From: a virus
Taxonomy: Duplodnaviria > Caudoviricetes
Virus record (IMG/VR): IMGVR_UViG_3300012921_000082
Reading direction: 5' to 3' (one strand)
Length of the DNA stretch: 39,645 bases
The notes beneath the pieces are model-generated. The model searched no databases. It was given only the letters and a program-made list of their open reading frames with translations, and had not been told where the DNA came from. Shown here one piece after another: positions 15,954-26,800 of the stretch (the stretch's first letter is position 1; each line of letters begins with the position of its first letter). The position numbers and the translations under genes are program-made.

Positions 15954-16651
15954 GCATGGAGCACCTTCTGTCCGGCCTCACAGAGGTCAAGTTCGCTGCC
16001 GGCGCCAAGGACGGTGTGTTCTCAGGCTACGGGTCGATCTTCGGGAACATCGATTCTCACGGCGATATCGTCGAGAAAGGCGCGTTCACCAAGACCCTGC
16101 GCGAATGGGAAGAGAGGGGCAAGCTCCCCAAGATGCTGCTCCAACACGGCGGCTTCTTCGGTCCGGTCGATGACATGTTGCCGATCGGCAAATGGACCTC
16201 GATGGAAGAGAACTCCAAGGGCCTGAAGGTCGAGGGCGAGTTGTTCGCGCTGAACACCGATCGCGGAGCGCTCATCTACGAGGGCCTGAAGAGTGGCGAG
16301 CTCGACGGCCTTTCCATCGGCTACAAGACCGTGAAGTATCGCATGGGAACCAAGCCGCAAGATCCGACACGCTGGCTCGAAGAACTCAAACTCTTCGAAG
16401 TCTCGGTTGTGACGTTCGGCTCCAATGACAAAGCGACCATCGGCCAGGTCAAAGCCGCCAATCTTCTCAATCCTCGCGACCTCGAGCGCGAGCTCAAGAC
16501 CATTCTCTCCGCGAACGACGCCGTGAGGGCCGTCGCTATCGTGAAGAAGCACCTTCAGCGTGAGGCTGAGGGCCACCCGTCCACCGATCCTCGTGATGAG
16601 GAAGCGGCGATGGAACTGCTCAACACGCTGAAGAAGCTGCGGGCAGCCTGA
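15950..16651 (+). CDS. Prohead maturation protease (HK97 family)
   Basis: FSGYGSIFGNID, MLLQH, GLSIGY, EVSVVTFGSN. Confidence 0.95.
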   Translation: MSMEHLLSGLTEVKFAAGAKDGVFSGYGSIFGNIDSHGDIVEKGAFTKTLREWEERGKLPKMLLQHGGFFGPVDDMLPIGKWTSMEENSKGLKVEGELFALNTDRGALIYEGLKSGELDGLSIGYKTVKYRMGTKPQDPTRWLEELKLFEVSVVTFGSNDKATIGQVKAANLLNPRDLERELKTILSANDAVRAVAIVKKHLQREAEGHPSTDPRDEEAAMELLNTLKKLRAA

Positions 16652-16678
16652 CCCAACCCTACATCGCAGGAGGGCGAA

Positions 16679-18061
16679 ATGCCCGAGTTGAAGGATGTGC
16701 TGGATGATGTCCAGCGCGAGATGAAGAAGTTTGGCGAGGACACCAAGTCCGCGCAGGAATCCATGATGAAGGACCTCAAGGAGGTCCGAGAGCTTGCCGA
16801 AAAGGCAGGCAAGGCAGCCGGTGACGGAACCCAGCTCAAATCAGACCTGGACGCCCTGTCTCGCGGCGTCGAGGAAAAGCACGCCGCCATCGAAGCCAAG
16901 GTCAAGGATATTCTGGAGAAAGCGGCGAAGGAAGCCGATGCCATCCTGGAAATCCAGAAGAAGATTGGTCGGCCGGGCGGTGGTGGAACCTCCGACGATC
17001 AGGCCAAGTTCCTGAAGGAAGCGCTCGACTTCAAGCGCGTTGCGATGTCCCGCCGCGGCGAGCTGAAGACAACCACCATCCTGAAGCCCGAAGACGTCAA
17101 CGCCGACGAATACAAGGCATATCAGGAAGCCTTCCGGATGTCGCTTCGGCGCCAGGAGAACCAGCTCTCCCAGGACGAGCAGAAGGCCATGTTGGTTGGG
17201 TCGGACCCGGACGGTGGATATCTGGTCCCCACCCAGACGTCTTCGCGCATCATCACCAAGGTCTGGGAAACGTCGCCGATCGATGAACTCGCCTATCACG
17301 AGAGCGTTTCGACCGATGCTCTCGAAATCGCGATCGACGCGGATGAAGCCGGCGCTGGTTGGGTCGGCGAAACGGAATTGCGCCCCGAGACCAGCACGCC
17401 CCAGACCGGTGTGCAGCGCATCCCGGTCCACGAGATCTATGCAAAGCCCAAAGCCACGCAGCAGCTTCTCGAAGACGCAGGTATCGATGTCGAGGCTTGG
17501 CTTGCCAGCAAGGTCGCCGACAAGTTCGGCCGCATGCGTGCGACGGCCTTCATCATCGGCAACGGCATCAAGAAGCCGCGAGGCATCCTGACTTATCCGG
17601 CTGGCTCGAACGGTGTCCGTGGCACCATCCTGCAGGTGAAGTCCGGTCATGCCACCCAGCTTACACCTGATGGCTTGATCACGCTCACGTTCTCCATCAA
17701 AGACAAGTACCTCGCCAATGCGAATTGGCTGATGAAGCGTGGTACCGTCGGCGCCGTCCTCCTCTTCAAGGACGCGCAGGGTCAGTACATCTGGCGGCCG
17801 GGCCTTCAGGCCGGAGCTCCCTCGATACTCCTCAGCTACAACGTCCGGCGCGCCGATGACATGCCGACCGTGGGTGCCGGCACTTTGCCGGTGGCCTTCG
17901 GCGATTTCCGCGCCGGTTACACCGTCGTCGACCGTCTGGGCATCCGGACTCTTCGTGATCCGTATTCCTCGAAGCCGTTCGTCGAGTTCTACACGCGCCA
18001 GCGTGTGGGTGGCGACGTCGTCGACTTCGAGGCCTACGCCCTGCAGGTGGTCGGCACCTGA
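16679..18061 (+). CDS. Major capsid protein (HK97 fold) with coiled-coil delta domain
   Basis: DGGYLVP, AGWVGE, G.G.KKPRGIL, FGDF..GY..VDR, RVGG; GGAGG SD. Confidence 0.96.
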   Translation: MPELKDVLDDVQREMKKFGEDTKSAQESMMKDLKEVRELAEKAGKAAGDGTQLKSDLDALSRGVEEKHAAIEAKVKDILEKAAKEADAILEIQKKIGRPGGGGTSDDQAKFLKEALDFKRVAMSRRGELKTTTILKPEDVNADEYKAYQEAFRMSLRRQENQLSQDEQKAMLVGSDPDGGYLVPTQTSSRIITKVWETSPIDELAYHESVSTDALEIAIDADEAGAGWVGETELRPETSTPQTGVQRIPVHEIYAKPKATQQLLEDAGIDVEAWLASKVADKFGRMRATAFIIGNGIKKPRGILTYPAGSNGVRGTILQVKSGHATQLTPDGLITLTFSIKDKYLANANWLMKRGTVGAVLLFKDAQGQYIWRPGLQAGAPSILLSYNVRRADDMPTVGAGTLPVAFGDFRAGYTVVDRLGIRTLRDPYSSKPFVEFYTRQRVGGDVVDFEAYALQVVGT

Positions 18062-18081
18062 TCCACATCGTCTGAACCAAG

Positions 18082-18105
18082 GGCGCGGCGCTAGCCGCGC
18101 CTTTT
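18082..18105 (+). terminator. Intrinsic terminator after capsid gene
   Basis: GGCGCGGC-GCTA-GCCGCGCC-TTTT. Confidence 0.65.
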
Positions 18106-18147
18106 CCCATTCGCTGCTCGGATACGGGCATTTCAACGGAGGGTCCC

Positions 18148-18576
18148 ATGCGGGACATCATCTCGAATCTTCATCTCGTTGCCGCCATTCCGCCGGCAGC
18201 GACGGCTCCGGCCGACAACACCCCTATCGTCTCGACTATCCTGGATCGTATGGGCTTCGAAAGTGTTGCCCTTGCCATCGTCGCCGGCACGCTTGTCGAT
18301 GCCGATGCGACCTTCGCTGTCACGCTCGAACACGGCGACCAGGCCAACCTTTCTGACGCATCGGCGGTGCAGGCGGACATGATGAACGGCGGCCTCGTGA
18401 ACGCTGGCTTCACGTTCGCGGCCGACAACGCTTGCCGCAAGCTCGGCTATGTCGGCGCAAAACGTTACGTTCGCGCGACAATCACGCCCGCGAACAATAC
18501 CGGTGCCGCGCCAGTGGCTGCGCTGTGGATGCTCTCCCATATGAACCAGGCGCCGACCGCCAATCCCCCGGCATAA
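18148..18576 (+). CDS. Putative head decoration protein
   Basis: Small beta-rich protein directly after capsid gene; GY.G.KRYVR motif. Confidence 0.65.
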   Translation: MRDIISNLHLVAAIPPAATAPADNTPIVSTILDRMGFESVALAIVAGTLVDADATFAVTLEHGDQANLSDASAVQADMMNGGLVNAGFTFAADNACRKLGYVGAKRYVRATITPANNTGAAPVAALWMLSHMNQAPTANPPA

Positions 18577-18595
18577 TCCACCCTTCCGAAACCGT

Positions 18596-18623
18596 GGCCG
18601 GCGCTATCGTCGCCGGCCTTTTT
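18596..18623 (+). terminator. Intrinsic terminator
   Basis: GGCCGGCG-7 nt-CGCCGGCC-TTTTT. Confidence 0.7.
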
Positions 18624-18645
18624 CAATCCTGATGGAGGCCGCGCT

Positions 18646-19272
18646 ATGCGCAAGGCTGTCGTTATCAACGCGTTCCCGTTCGCCTTCGATGGCATCAACA
18701 TTCAGTTTCTGACCAAAGGCAGCACTTTCCCTCCCGATGGACAGCCTGCCGTGGCGGACTCCTCGCTCGATGGTCTGGTGAAGGCCGGATATCTGGAGGA
18801 AATCGATGGCGTCGTGATGGTTCCCGAGGAAGACGCCGCCATGAACCGCGCGATCATCGTCTCGATCGACAAGCGATTGACCGACGCTTCCGATGAAGAA
18901 CTCATGAGCATCGTTGCAAGGTCAGGCGCACCTTTCAGCGGCAATCTTATACGCGCAGAACTTGTTCTGGCGGCCAAGCGTCAGGTGGTCGCGGAAGCCC
19001 AGGGTGCCTCGCCGGTACTTGGTATGAAGGATGCGTCCGACGCTGACACGTCACAGGCACCGGTATCGGAGAAGGTCGAACCTCAGTCCGGTGGTGATGG
19101 TGTCAAGGAAAGTGGCACCGGCGAAACAGGGCCGACGAAGGTCGATACCGATCTCGATCTCGACGGCCTCAAGAAGGACGAACTCGAAGAGATCGCCAAA
19201 GACAAGGGAATCGACATCTCCGATGCGAAGACCAAGGCCGATATCGTCGCTCTGATCAAAGCCGCCGACTGA
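18646..19272 (+). CDS. Hypothetical protein with C-terminal HeH/Rho-N-like motif
   Basis: LDGLKKDELEEIAKDKGIDISDAKTKADIVALI; GGAGG SD. Confidence 0.7.
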   Translation: MRKAVVINAFPFAFDGINIQFLTKGSTFPPDGQPAVADSSLDGLVKAGYLEEIDGVVMVPEEDAAMNRAIIVSIDKRLTDASDEELMSIVARSGAPFSGNLIRAELVLAAKRQVVAEAQGASPVLGMKDASDADTSQAPVSEKVEPQSGGDGVKESGTGETGPTKVDTDLDLDGLKKDELEEIAKDKGIDISDAKTKADIVALIKAAD

Positions 19273-19298
19273 CTGTCGTGTTTGCCTGGAGCGGCCCG

Positions 19299-19952
19299 AT
19301 GCGATCGAAGTTCGAAGTTGTCGTGGCCGCCACCGGCACCCTGCTGTCCATTGCGCAGCTTCGAACTGCGGCTGGCCTGTCCGGCACCGACACTAGTCGC
19401 GACACCGAGCTTCAGGATCTCGGCAAACGTGTTGCTGCCGAGATCGCTATCGCCTGTCGCGTTCGCGGAGATGGCGTCGCTGAACCAACGCTTCTGGCGG
19501 AGACCGTGAGAGACACGTTCCGCGAGACGGGATGCGACACCGATCTGTTCCTTTCCAGGCTGTTCGCCTCGAGCATTTCTTCCATCGTCGAAGCCGGCAA
19601 CACACTCGCGGCCACCGACACATATGTCGATGGCGGCGCCGGCATTGTGCGACGCATATCGGGTACACGCGACCTCAGATGGAGGCGCGGCGAAATTGTG
19701 ATCGAGTACGTCGCCGGCTTTACGACAGTACCCTCCGATTTGATCGGCATCGCAATGGATCTTTGCCGCCTTCGCCTATCGGCCGATGCCGTTGATCCGC
19801 TCGAGCGCGCCACCACCATCACCATTCCCGACGTCGAAACCCGTCGCATCGAGAGGTGGGTGGGTGCTGTTCCAGGTTCTTCAGCAGGTCCATTGCCAGA
19901 CGACATCATGAACCGGCTTGGACGATACATCACGCCGTCGTTTGCTGCCTGA
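19299..19952 (+). CDS. Head-tail adaptor
   Basis: Synteny; IEYVAGF..VPSDL motif; GGAG SD. Confidence 0.75.
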   Translation: MRSKFEVVVAATGTLLSIAQLRTAAGLSGTDTSRDTELQDLGKRVAAEIAIACRVRGDGVAEPTLLAETVRDTFRETGCDTDLFLSRLFASSISSIVEAGNTLAATDTYVDGGAGIVRRISGTRDLRWRRGEIVIEYVAGFTTVPSDLIGIAMDLCRLRLSADAVDPLERATTITIPDVETRRIERWVGAVPGSSAGPLPDDIMNRLGRYITPSFAA

Positions 19953-20284
19953 TGCCCAATCTCACCCCTGCCCAGCAGATCGCCGACCTCGATGCCGCGC
20001 TTGCGCGCCGGGGCACGTCGATCCAGCTTCGCAAGACGAATTCTGCAACCGGCCAGGTGACGGTTCCGGCGAAGTGGCGCGGTTATCTCCCTCAAGAGGT
20101 GATTGGCATCATCCAGGCCGGCGACACGAAGGTCATTGTTTCGCCAACCGGGCTGGAGGCGTTTGGTATCCCTCCGCAAAACGGGTTTGCAGTTCTCGCT
20201 GGCATCCCTCGCCGCATCATCGCTCCCACGCCCATTTACGATGGCGGCGTGCTCGTCCGGATCGAACTGGCGGTTCGCGGCTGA
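19952..20284 (+). CDS. Head closure protein
   Basis: TGATG overlap; GIIQAGDTKVIVS; synteny. Confidence 0.7.
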   Translation: MPNLTPAQQIADLDAALARRGTSIQLRKTNSATGQVTVPAKWRGYLPQEVIGIIQAGDTKVIVSPTGLEAFGIPPQNGFAVLAGIPRRIIAPTPIYDGGVLVRIELAVRG

Positions 20285-20958
20285 TGGCTCGGCTCCAGTC
20301 TGTCGGCGAGCTGTTCAAGATCGCCATGCAGGAAACGCTGGGCGAGACACACAGGCTGCTGATCAATACGGCGAAGCGCGAGCATGCCCGCGTCATGGAA
20401 ACCGATCCGCGGCCGTCGAATTTCCGTCGCATCGTGGACGGACGGTCGGGTGAAGCGGAAGAAGCGGTGAAGCCGGCCGGCATCATCGTCTACCAGTACC
20501 CGCGCATCGAACAGGTCGTTCAATTCGCGATGGAGACCCTGTTCGATCGCTCGCCTGTCGACAGCGGCGACTACCGCAACGCTCACATGATCTTCATCGA
20601 GAACTCGCCGGCGCGGAACCTCGAAGAACTGCGCCCCAGCGATCAGGTGACGATTACCAATCCTCTTCCCTACGCACGGAAGATCGAGGTCGGCGCGATG
20701 ACCATGCGCGTTCCGGGCACCGATCAGGTCTATCAGCAGGCGCGTCAGATTGTGGCCTCGCGCTGGGGCAATGTGGCGAAAATCAAGTTCACATTCCGGG
20801 CGATCATCGGCGGCCATGTGGCCATCCAGGAACGCGCTGCAGCCCGGGGCCGGTATGTAGGCCGGCCAGCAACGGGTGACTTCGAACGGCAGTTGGCGCC
20901 GGCACTGCACAACCGCGCGGACCTCCGCTTTCCGGCGCTCGTAATTTCGGAGCTTTGA
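20284..20958 (+). CDS. Neck/tail completion protein (HK97 gp10-like)
   Basis: SPVDSGDYR and NPLPYARKIE motifs. Confidence 0.72.
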   Translation: MARLQSVGELFKIAMQETLGETHRLLINTAKREHARVMETDPRPSNFRRIVDGRSGEAEEAVKPAGIIVYQYPRIEQVVQFAMETLFDRSPVDSGDYRNAHMIFIENSPARNLEELRPSDQVTITNPLPYARKIEVGAMTMRVPGTDQVYQQARQIVASRWGNVAKIKFTFRAIIGGHVAIQERAAARGRYVGRPATGDFERQLAPALHNRADLRFPALVISEL

Positions 20959-20959
20959 C

Positions 20960-21454
20960 GTGCCAGAAGTCGCCGCCGACGGTCCTATCCGCACCTTCTT
21001 TGAGGCCGGCTGGGGAGCTACCACGCGCGTTGCGTACGAAAACGAGCCACCTGCCGCGCCGTGGCCGCCGGTCAACGGCGCGAGCGAGCTGGTTCCTTGG
21101 GCCTTCCTCGAAATCGTGGTCACCGGCAGCGAGCTGGCGGGAGCCACAGGGCTTAAGGGTCGTCGCCTTTGGCGCGACTATGGCCTGATCCACGTACACG
21201 TCTTCGTGCCGATCGGTAGCGGGAAGGTAGCCGCGAACAGTCTGGCAAAGGATGCCGGCGAGATTTTCCGAGCTGCTGCATTCCATGAAGGACCTGATGG
21301 CCGCGCGATCCGGACACTTGCACCCATGGTGTCCGCCGGCGGCTCGGCCGGCGATGACCAACGGCTCGGCCAGATCACCGGCACCAACAGCATTCACAGC
21401 GACTGGTTCCGGGCAACCATGACTGTCGAGTTCAATTACTTCTACCGCGGCTAG
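20960..21454 (+). CDS. Tail terminator
   Basis: VAYENE, G..HVHVFVPIGSG; directly before tail tube. Confidence 0.72.
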   Translation: MPEVAADGPIRTFFEAGWGATTRVAYENEPPAAPWPPVNGASELVPWAFLEIVVTGSELAGATGLKGRRLWRDYGLIHVHVFVPIGSGKVAANSLAKDAGEIFRAAAFHEGPDGRAIRTLAPMVSAGGSAGDDQRLGQITGTNSIHSDWFRATMTVEFNYFYRG

Positions 21455-21486
21455 CCGCTCAATCCACAATCTGACGGAGAACGACG

Positions 21487-22719
21487 ATGACCGGCTACGC
21501 CGAGCAGTGGAATGCCTATGTCGCGTACAAGGCGCAGGCCGCCCGAGGCACCCAGGCATCGGGTGCTGGCGCATTGATCCTGCCGCAGGCCGGCGGCCAG
21601 GGCGGCCGCCTGACCAAAAACACGATCGCAGACCCGATTATCCGTCGTGACGCGATGCAGATTCGTGGCCGCCATGGTTCGCAGAAGACGGCCGGCACCT
21701 ATAACGGTGCCGTTTCGATCGGTGCTCTCGATCCAATCTTTGCCGCGCTTATGCGCACAGCTTGGTCAAGCGCGGATCTTGCCATCACTCAGGCCGATAT
21801 GACGTCGGTCACCACCACGGCGAACACCATCGTTGCGACTTCCGGTGACTGGATCGCGCGGGGCCTCCGCGTCGGCAATGTCATCCGCGCGACCGGCCTG
21901 CCGGATGCCGCCAACAACGGCAAGAACCTACGCATCACCGGCCTGACTGGCTCCACGATCACCGTCGCGGAAACGCTTGTGGTCAATGCGGCGGCCGACA
22001 CCACCTTCACGATCACGCGTCCCGGCCGGGTGCTCACCAATCCCGGCGCCGGCGCTCTGGTGAAGACCTACTTCACCGTCGAGGAACACGAGTACGATCT
22101 CGATGCTTCTGAGGTGTTCACCGACTGCGTGTTTTCGCGGCTCCGGATCTCGATGAACCCCGATGGCGTGCTGACCACGGAACTCGGCTGGACCGGCACC
22201 GGCAAATTCGAGACGAAGTCCGGTGTCGATGCTCCGTATTTCACCGCTCCGACAGAGCCGTCCGGTCTCTCTCTCGCTGCGGTCGACGCAACACTGCGCG
22301 TCGGCACCGAAGATATCCTCGAGCTCACATCGTTCGACATAACCGTCGATCTCCAGCCGAACGCTCCGTCGGTCACCGGTCCGAGCAAGTACGCACCGGA
22401 TGTGTTCCTCGGAGTGCAGATGATCTCGATGAATCTGACCGCGCTGCGCAAGGACTTGCTCGACGTTGCGGACTTCATCGCCGAGACGCCGCTTTCTCTG
22501 CATTTCCTGGCTCAGGAGAACGAAGCTTCGCCGGCCGACTTCTTCGCACTCACCATCCCGAACTTCACATATGGCGGCGTCGACAAGTCGGCGTTGTCGA
22601 AGCAAGGCGGCCCGCGAACGGTCACCCGCAACGTGCCGTCCGATCTGGTCGGCATCGATACGCGCGGCGGTGCGTTCCCGGCCACGCAGATTACGATGCA
22701 GGTTTCGAACGCAACCTAA
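21487..22719 (+). CDS. Major tail tube protein
   Basis: 410 aa, Thr/Ala-rich with an inserted beta domain; synteny; GGAGA SD. Confidence 0.85.
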   Translation: MTGYAEQWNAYVAYKAQAARGTQASGAGALILPQAGGQGGRLTKNTIADPIIRRDAMQIRGRHGSQKTAGTYNGAVSIGALDPIFAALMRTAWSSADLAITQADMTSVTTTANTIVATSGDWIARGLRVGNVIRATGLPDAANNGKNLRITGLTGSTITVAETLVVNAAADTTFTITRPGRVLTNPGAGALVKTYFTVEEHEYDLDASEVFTDCVFSRLRISMNPDGVLTTELGWTGTGKFETKSGVDAPYFTAPTEPSGLSLAAVDATLRVGTEDILELTSFDITVDLQPNAPSVTGPSKYAPDVFLGVQMISMNLTALRKDLLDVADFIAETPLSLHFLAQENEASPADFFALTIPNFTYGGVDKSALSKQGGPRTVTRNVPSDLVGIDTRGGAFPATQITMQVSNAT

Positions 22720-22729
22720 GGAGAAACGG

Positions 22730-22942
22730 ATGTCCCAGAAGGAAAAGGCGGTGCGCGAGGCCGCCAGCGCATTGTCGGCCGCCATCGCCGAGGCCCGCTC
22801 GGCCGGGCTGCATGTCCAATGGCCCCACTCCCACGAGGGCCTTCTCGCCATCGCTATCAGCGAGACGAAAAAAGCCACCGAGGAGAAGGCCGACACGGCC
22901 CCGACGAAGGCCAGCGAAAAAAAGGCCGGACCGGCGGCTTAA
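22730..22942 (+). CDS. Small hypothetical protein
   Basis: AAGGAG SD; 70 aa. Confidence 0.65.
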   Translation: MSQKEKAVREAASALSAAIAEARSAGLHVQWPHSHEGLLAIAISETKKATEEKADTAPTKASEKKAGPAA

Positions 22943-23042
22943 CGGAATCCCGTCCCACCGGGCAGCAACAGCGGCGCCGCTCGGCGGCCGGTGCGTGGGA
23001 GCATCGGCCGCCACCTGTCTCCCACCAGAAGGAATTGCCCCA

Positions 23043-23495
23043 ATGACTGTCAAAACTGACAGCCCTGCCATCGACATCACCAATTTTCTCCCGACGCACG
23101 ATTTCCGGCTACAGATCATCGCGCCGAACGGCGTGCCCACCGGCTGGTGGTGGACGCTGGCAGCGGCATCGCACGAGAAGAACGTCGGCTTCACCGAGGC
23201 TCGTGCGGCCAAGAACCTTGAACGGGCGAAAGTTATCCGCGAAGCGCAGTTCAACGGCCAGCGGTACGAGGCCGAGGCCAAGACCCCGGAGCAGGATCGG
23301 CGCGAGGACGTTCAGTGGATCGTCGCCCGCACGCTAGACTTCACCCCCATTAGGATCGGGGATGGGTTGTTCAACTACAGCGACAAGGCAGTCGAGGACC
23401 TGTTGATCCGTCCGGAGCTGACGTTCGCTGCCATGCAGATCATCAAGGCGCTCAACGACGACGCCCGTTTTATCAAGCGCTCCGAGGCTCCCTAA
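23043..23495 (+). CDS. Tail assembly chaperone (G-like)
   Basis: AAGGA SD; position between tail tube and tape measure. Confidence 0.8.
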   Translation: MTVKTDSPAIDITNFLPTHDFRLQIIAPNGVPTGWWWTLAAASHEKNVGFTEARAAKNLERAKVIREAQFNGQRYEAEAKTPEQDRREDVQWIVARTLDFTPIRIGDGLFNYSDKAVEDLLIRPELTFAAMQIIKALNDDARFIKRSEAP

Positions 23496-23860
23496 AGAGC
23501 TACGCGGAGCGCTCTTTCGCGCTTGATGCGAAGGCGCCTGACGGCGTCTCGCAACGCCAGAGGCTGGAGGGCCTTCTGGAAAGGACACGCCGCCCTGAAC
23601 AGCGTGCCAGATACGAAGCTGAACTTCAGCTTCCACGAATGCCGGTCGAAGTGGCTTACGTCTGGGCGATGTTCTGGCGGCTGCGCAACAGGGTGCGCAA
23701 CGTCAACACGCACCAACCGATCACCTGGGACGATATCTACAAGTACCGGGATCTTGTGATGGCTCATATCGGGCCATTCGAAATCGAGCTGATCGAACTG
23801 CTCGACGATCTTTTCCTGAAAGCACAAGCAGAAGCGAAAAACGAGGAAGGAGGCGACTGA
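23468..23860 (+). CDS. Tail assembly chaperone frameshift extension (T-like, -1 frame)
   Basis: -1 frame open from the TTTT at 23468 (FYQALRGSLKSYAERSF...VWAMFWRL...) to 23860. Confidence 0.72.
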   Translation, partial: FYQALRGSLKSYAERSFALDAKAPDGVSQRQRLEGLLERTRRPEQRARYEAELQLPRMPVEVAYVWAMFWRLRNRVRNVNTHQPITWDDIYKYRDLVMAHIGPFEIELIELLDDLFLKAQAEAKNEEGGD

Positions 23861-23861
23861 A

Positions 23862-26800
23862 ATGAACACCGTCGTCACCGAACTCGTCATCGATGGTCGC
23901 GGAGCCGAAGTCGGCTCCGCGGCGTATGTGCGCGCCATGCAGATTGCGCAGGCGGCCGTGGATCGGCTGCGCGATCGCGAGGAAGCGCTGAAGACCGCCA
24001 GCGATGCCAACGCGGCCTCGATGATCTCCGCATCGACCTCGACCCAGCGCGCGGCCTCCGCTTTTGATCGACTGAAAGCATCCATCGACCCCGCCTTTGC
24101 AGCAGCCAAGGGCCTCGAGCGGGACATCCTGACGCTTGACCGCGCGGTTACTCGACTTGGCGTGACCGAGCAGGAAGCCGCGCGACTGATGGACATGGTT
24201 GTCCTGAAGCACGATGCGGCCGCGCAAGCCGCTAGGCGCCAGACAGAAGAGTACCTTCGCCTGGCAGCTGCCGGCAGAGAGGCACAACAGGCCGACCGCG
24301 CGCAGGGAGCCTACAACCAGAATTTGGGCGTCCGTGATCCGGCCAGCTTCGTGGGAGCGGCGCGCGCTTCCGCCGGCACCTTTTCGACGGAACTTGACCG
24401 GCTGGATGAGATCAGTCGGCAAAAGGCACAGCAGATCGGGCTCAACTTCGCGCGCGATCTTGATTCCTCGCTTGTCGCCGGCACAGGGAAGTCGGCTCGC
24501 GATGCCGCCACCGTGTTTTCCGCCGAGCTCGACCAACTGGACGAGATTGCCAGACTGCGCGCGCTTGAGGCCGGCTCCGCGTTCACCGCCGGCCTGAACG
24601 CGCGTCTCGGAATTGGTGCGAATGCTGGCTCCGCTCGCGATTCGGCCGGGGTCTTCGCACAGCAGGCCCGCGAAACTGAGGATTATGGGCGCCAGGTGGC
24701 GATGGTCCGCGCGCAGATCGATCCACTCAGCGTGGCCATCGAGCACCTGAACAATGAACTCGCGATGTACGCGACGATGATGCAGCGTGGCGATCTCACG
24801 ACGCAGCAATTCGCCGCCGCCCAGCGAATGGCTCAAGCCCGCATGGACGAGTTCCGCATGCACGCAGAAGCCGGCCGACGCAGCCAGGCTTTGGGTGGCA
24901 ACATGATGTCTTCGATCAACGCCGCGCAGCAGTTGCAGGACATCGCTATTACCTCCGCCATGGGCCAGTCGATTCCGACAATCGCCCTGCAGCAGGGAAC
25001 ACAATTTGGCATGGCGGCCATGATGACCGGTGGCGGTGGCAGCGCAGTTGGCCTGTTGAACTCGATCAAGTCCTCGTTCGCGACACTTGCCAACCCTATC
25101 ATGCTCGGCAGCGTCGCCTTCACGGCCGTCACAGCCGCGGCGATCCAGTTTTTCTCCACAGGCCGCGAGGGCGCGAAAGACCTGACTGCTCTCCTGAAGG
25201 AGCACAATGAAGCCCTCAAGGCATCGGAAGACGGGTACAAGAAGCTCGACAACGTCGCGCGCGGGACGGGTCGGCCATCCCAACTTGTCTCAGGCTTCCA
25301 GTCGCAGCAAGCGATCGAAGCGCTGCGCAAGGGTTTTTCGCGTGATTCGGCGCTCGGAACCCTCGATCCTCAGCTTCTGATCGCTCGCGACCTTCCTGGT
25401 CCGTTCAGCAGCGACCCGACCGCCGTCAAATATATGGTGCAGGCATCCGATGCTGCGCTCGGCCTTGAGGACGTCCTCACCAGGCTGATGAAGGGCATCG
25501 AGGCCGGGAATGCCCCGGTGGCAAAGTTCAATGACGAGCTTGCAGCCATGGGCCAGGCTCCGGGCGCGTCCAAGGAGTTGAAGACTCGCATCGCCGAGAT
25601 CCTGGAGATCACGAAGGCGCTGGGTGAAGCGCAACTGGCAATTCAGGCTTACGACCGCAACTTTGGCCCCGGTGGCTTGCTGCGCGGCGCCAGCGAGTTC
25701 AATCAGAAGGACATGCAGGCGCTGGAGCGCTTTCGCATGGAGGAGAACAGCCGCCTCACTCAGATGCGCCGTCAATACGACGCTGATGTCGGTGGGATCG
25801 GTGCAAAATCACCGGATCAACTCGCGGCGGCCGCGCGAGCCCGGGAGAGCGCGACCTTCAACATGGATGAAACCGCATCCGTGCGGCGGCTCAGGATCGA
25901 GAATGCGGCCACACTCGAGCGGGCTCGTGCTGAACAAGACCTGAAGGATTCGCAGGAGAGCCGTATCCGAGGCTACGAGCAGTCGCTGTCGCAGCAGCGC
26001 GAAGAAATCGCCCTGATCGGGAAGACAGCGAGCGAGACCGCCTCGCTCCAGTTCCAGACAAGCGCGCTCCAGAACTTGCGCGAGGAGGCGGCCCGCAACG
26101 GGATCACCACCGAGGAGGAATTCCTCAAGTATTTCGGCAAAGAGATCGAGCTCATCGACGAGGCCGCCGCCAAGCTGAAGGTCTATGTGGAGTTGCTGGG
26201 CAAAGCGCGTCTTCGCGACGATTTGGGTTTTGACACTCGCCAGCTTGGGCGCTCCGAACTCGACCAGTCGGTTGCCGGCAAGCTCAAGCAGTACGGCTTG
26301 TCCGAAGACCTCGACGGCCAGGATGCCGCGCTAGTTCGCTCGAACGAACTGTTGAAGAAGCAGGTTGAGCTCTGGAAGGACATCCGCAAGAGCGGGATGG
26401 ATGCCTACAGCGACATCTTCGATCTGGCTATCGACGGCTTCGACAATTGGCAGGATCGTCTCAGCGATATCGCTAAGGACATGGCGAAAAACCTGTACAA
26501 CATGTCGATCAAGAACCCGTTCATCAACGAGCGGTACCCCGAGGCAAACCTACCCACTCTGAACCAGACTGGCGGTATTGGCGGCTTCTTTTCCACCATG
26601 CTCGGATTGACGCCGAATCCTGCCGCCGGTGCGCAGAGCGTCGGCGCCATGACGGTCAACGCAGGCTCCGTCATCGTCACAGGATCGATCGGCGCGAGCG
26701 GCGGCGACGGCCTGTTGAAACGCATTTTCTCGCCGGCAAACGGCAATGGCGGTGGCCTCAAGTCTTCCGACTTCGCGCCTATGTCACTGTCCGGGATTGG

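Noticed and set aside
16841-18136. 431-aa antisense ORF, and similar ones at 23721-25283, 8805-9971 and 20236-21147
   Set aside because: Shadow frames opposite well-supported genes in GC-rich DNA, with no motifs or SD
24350-24680. Repeats in the tape measure N-terminus (SARDAA.VF..ELD.LDEI)
   Set aside because: Degenerate helical repeats are ordinary for tape measure proteins
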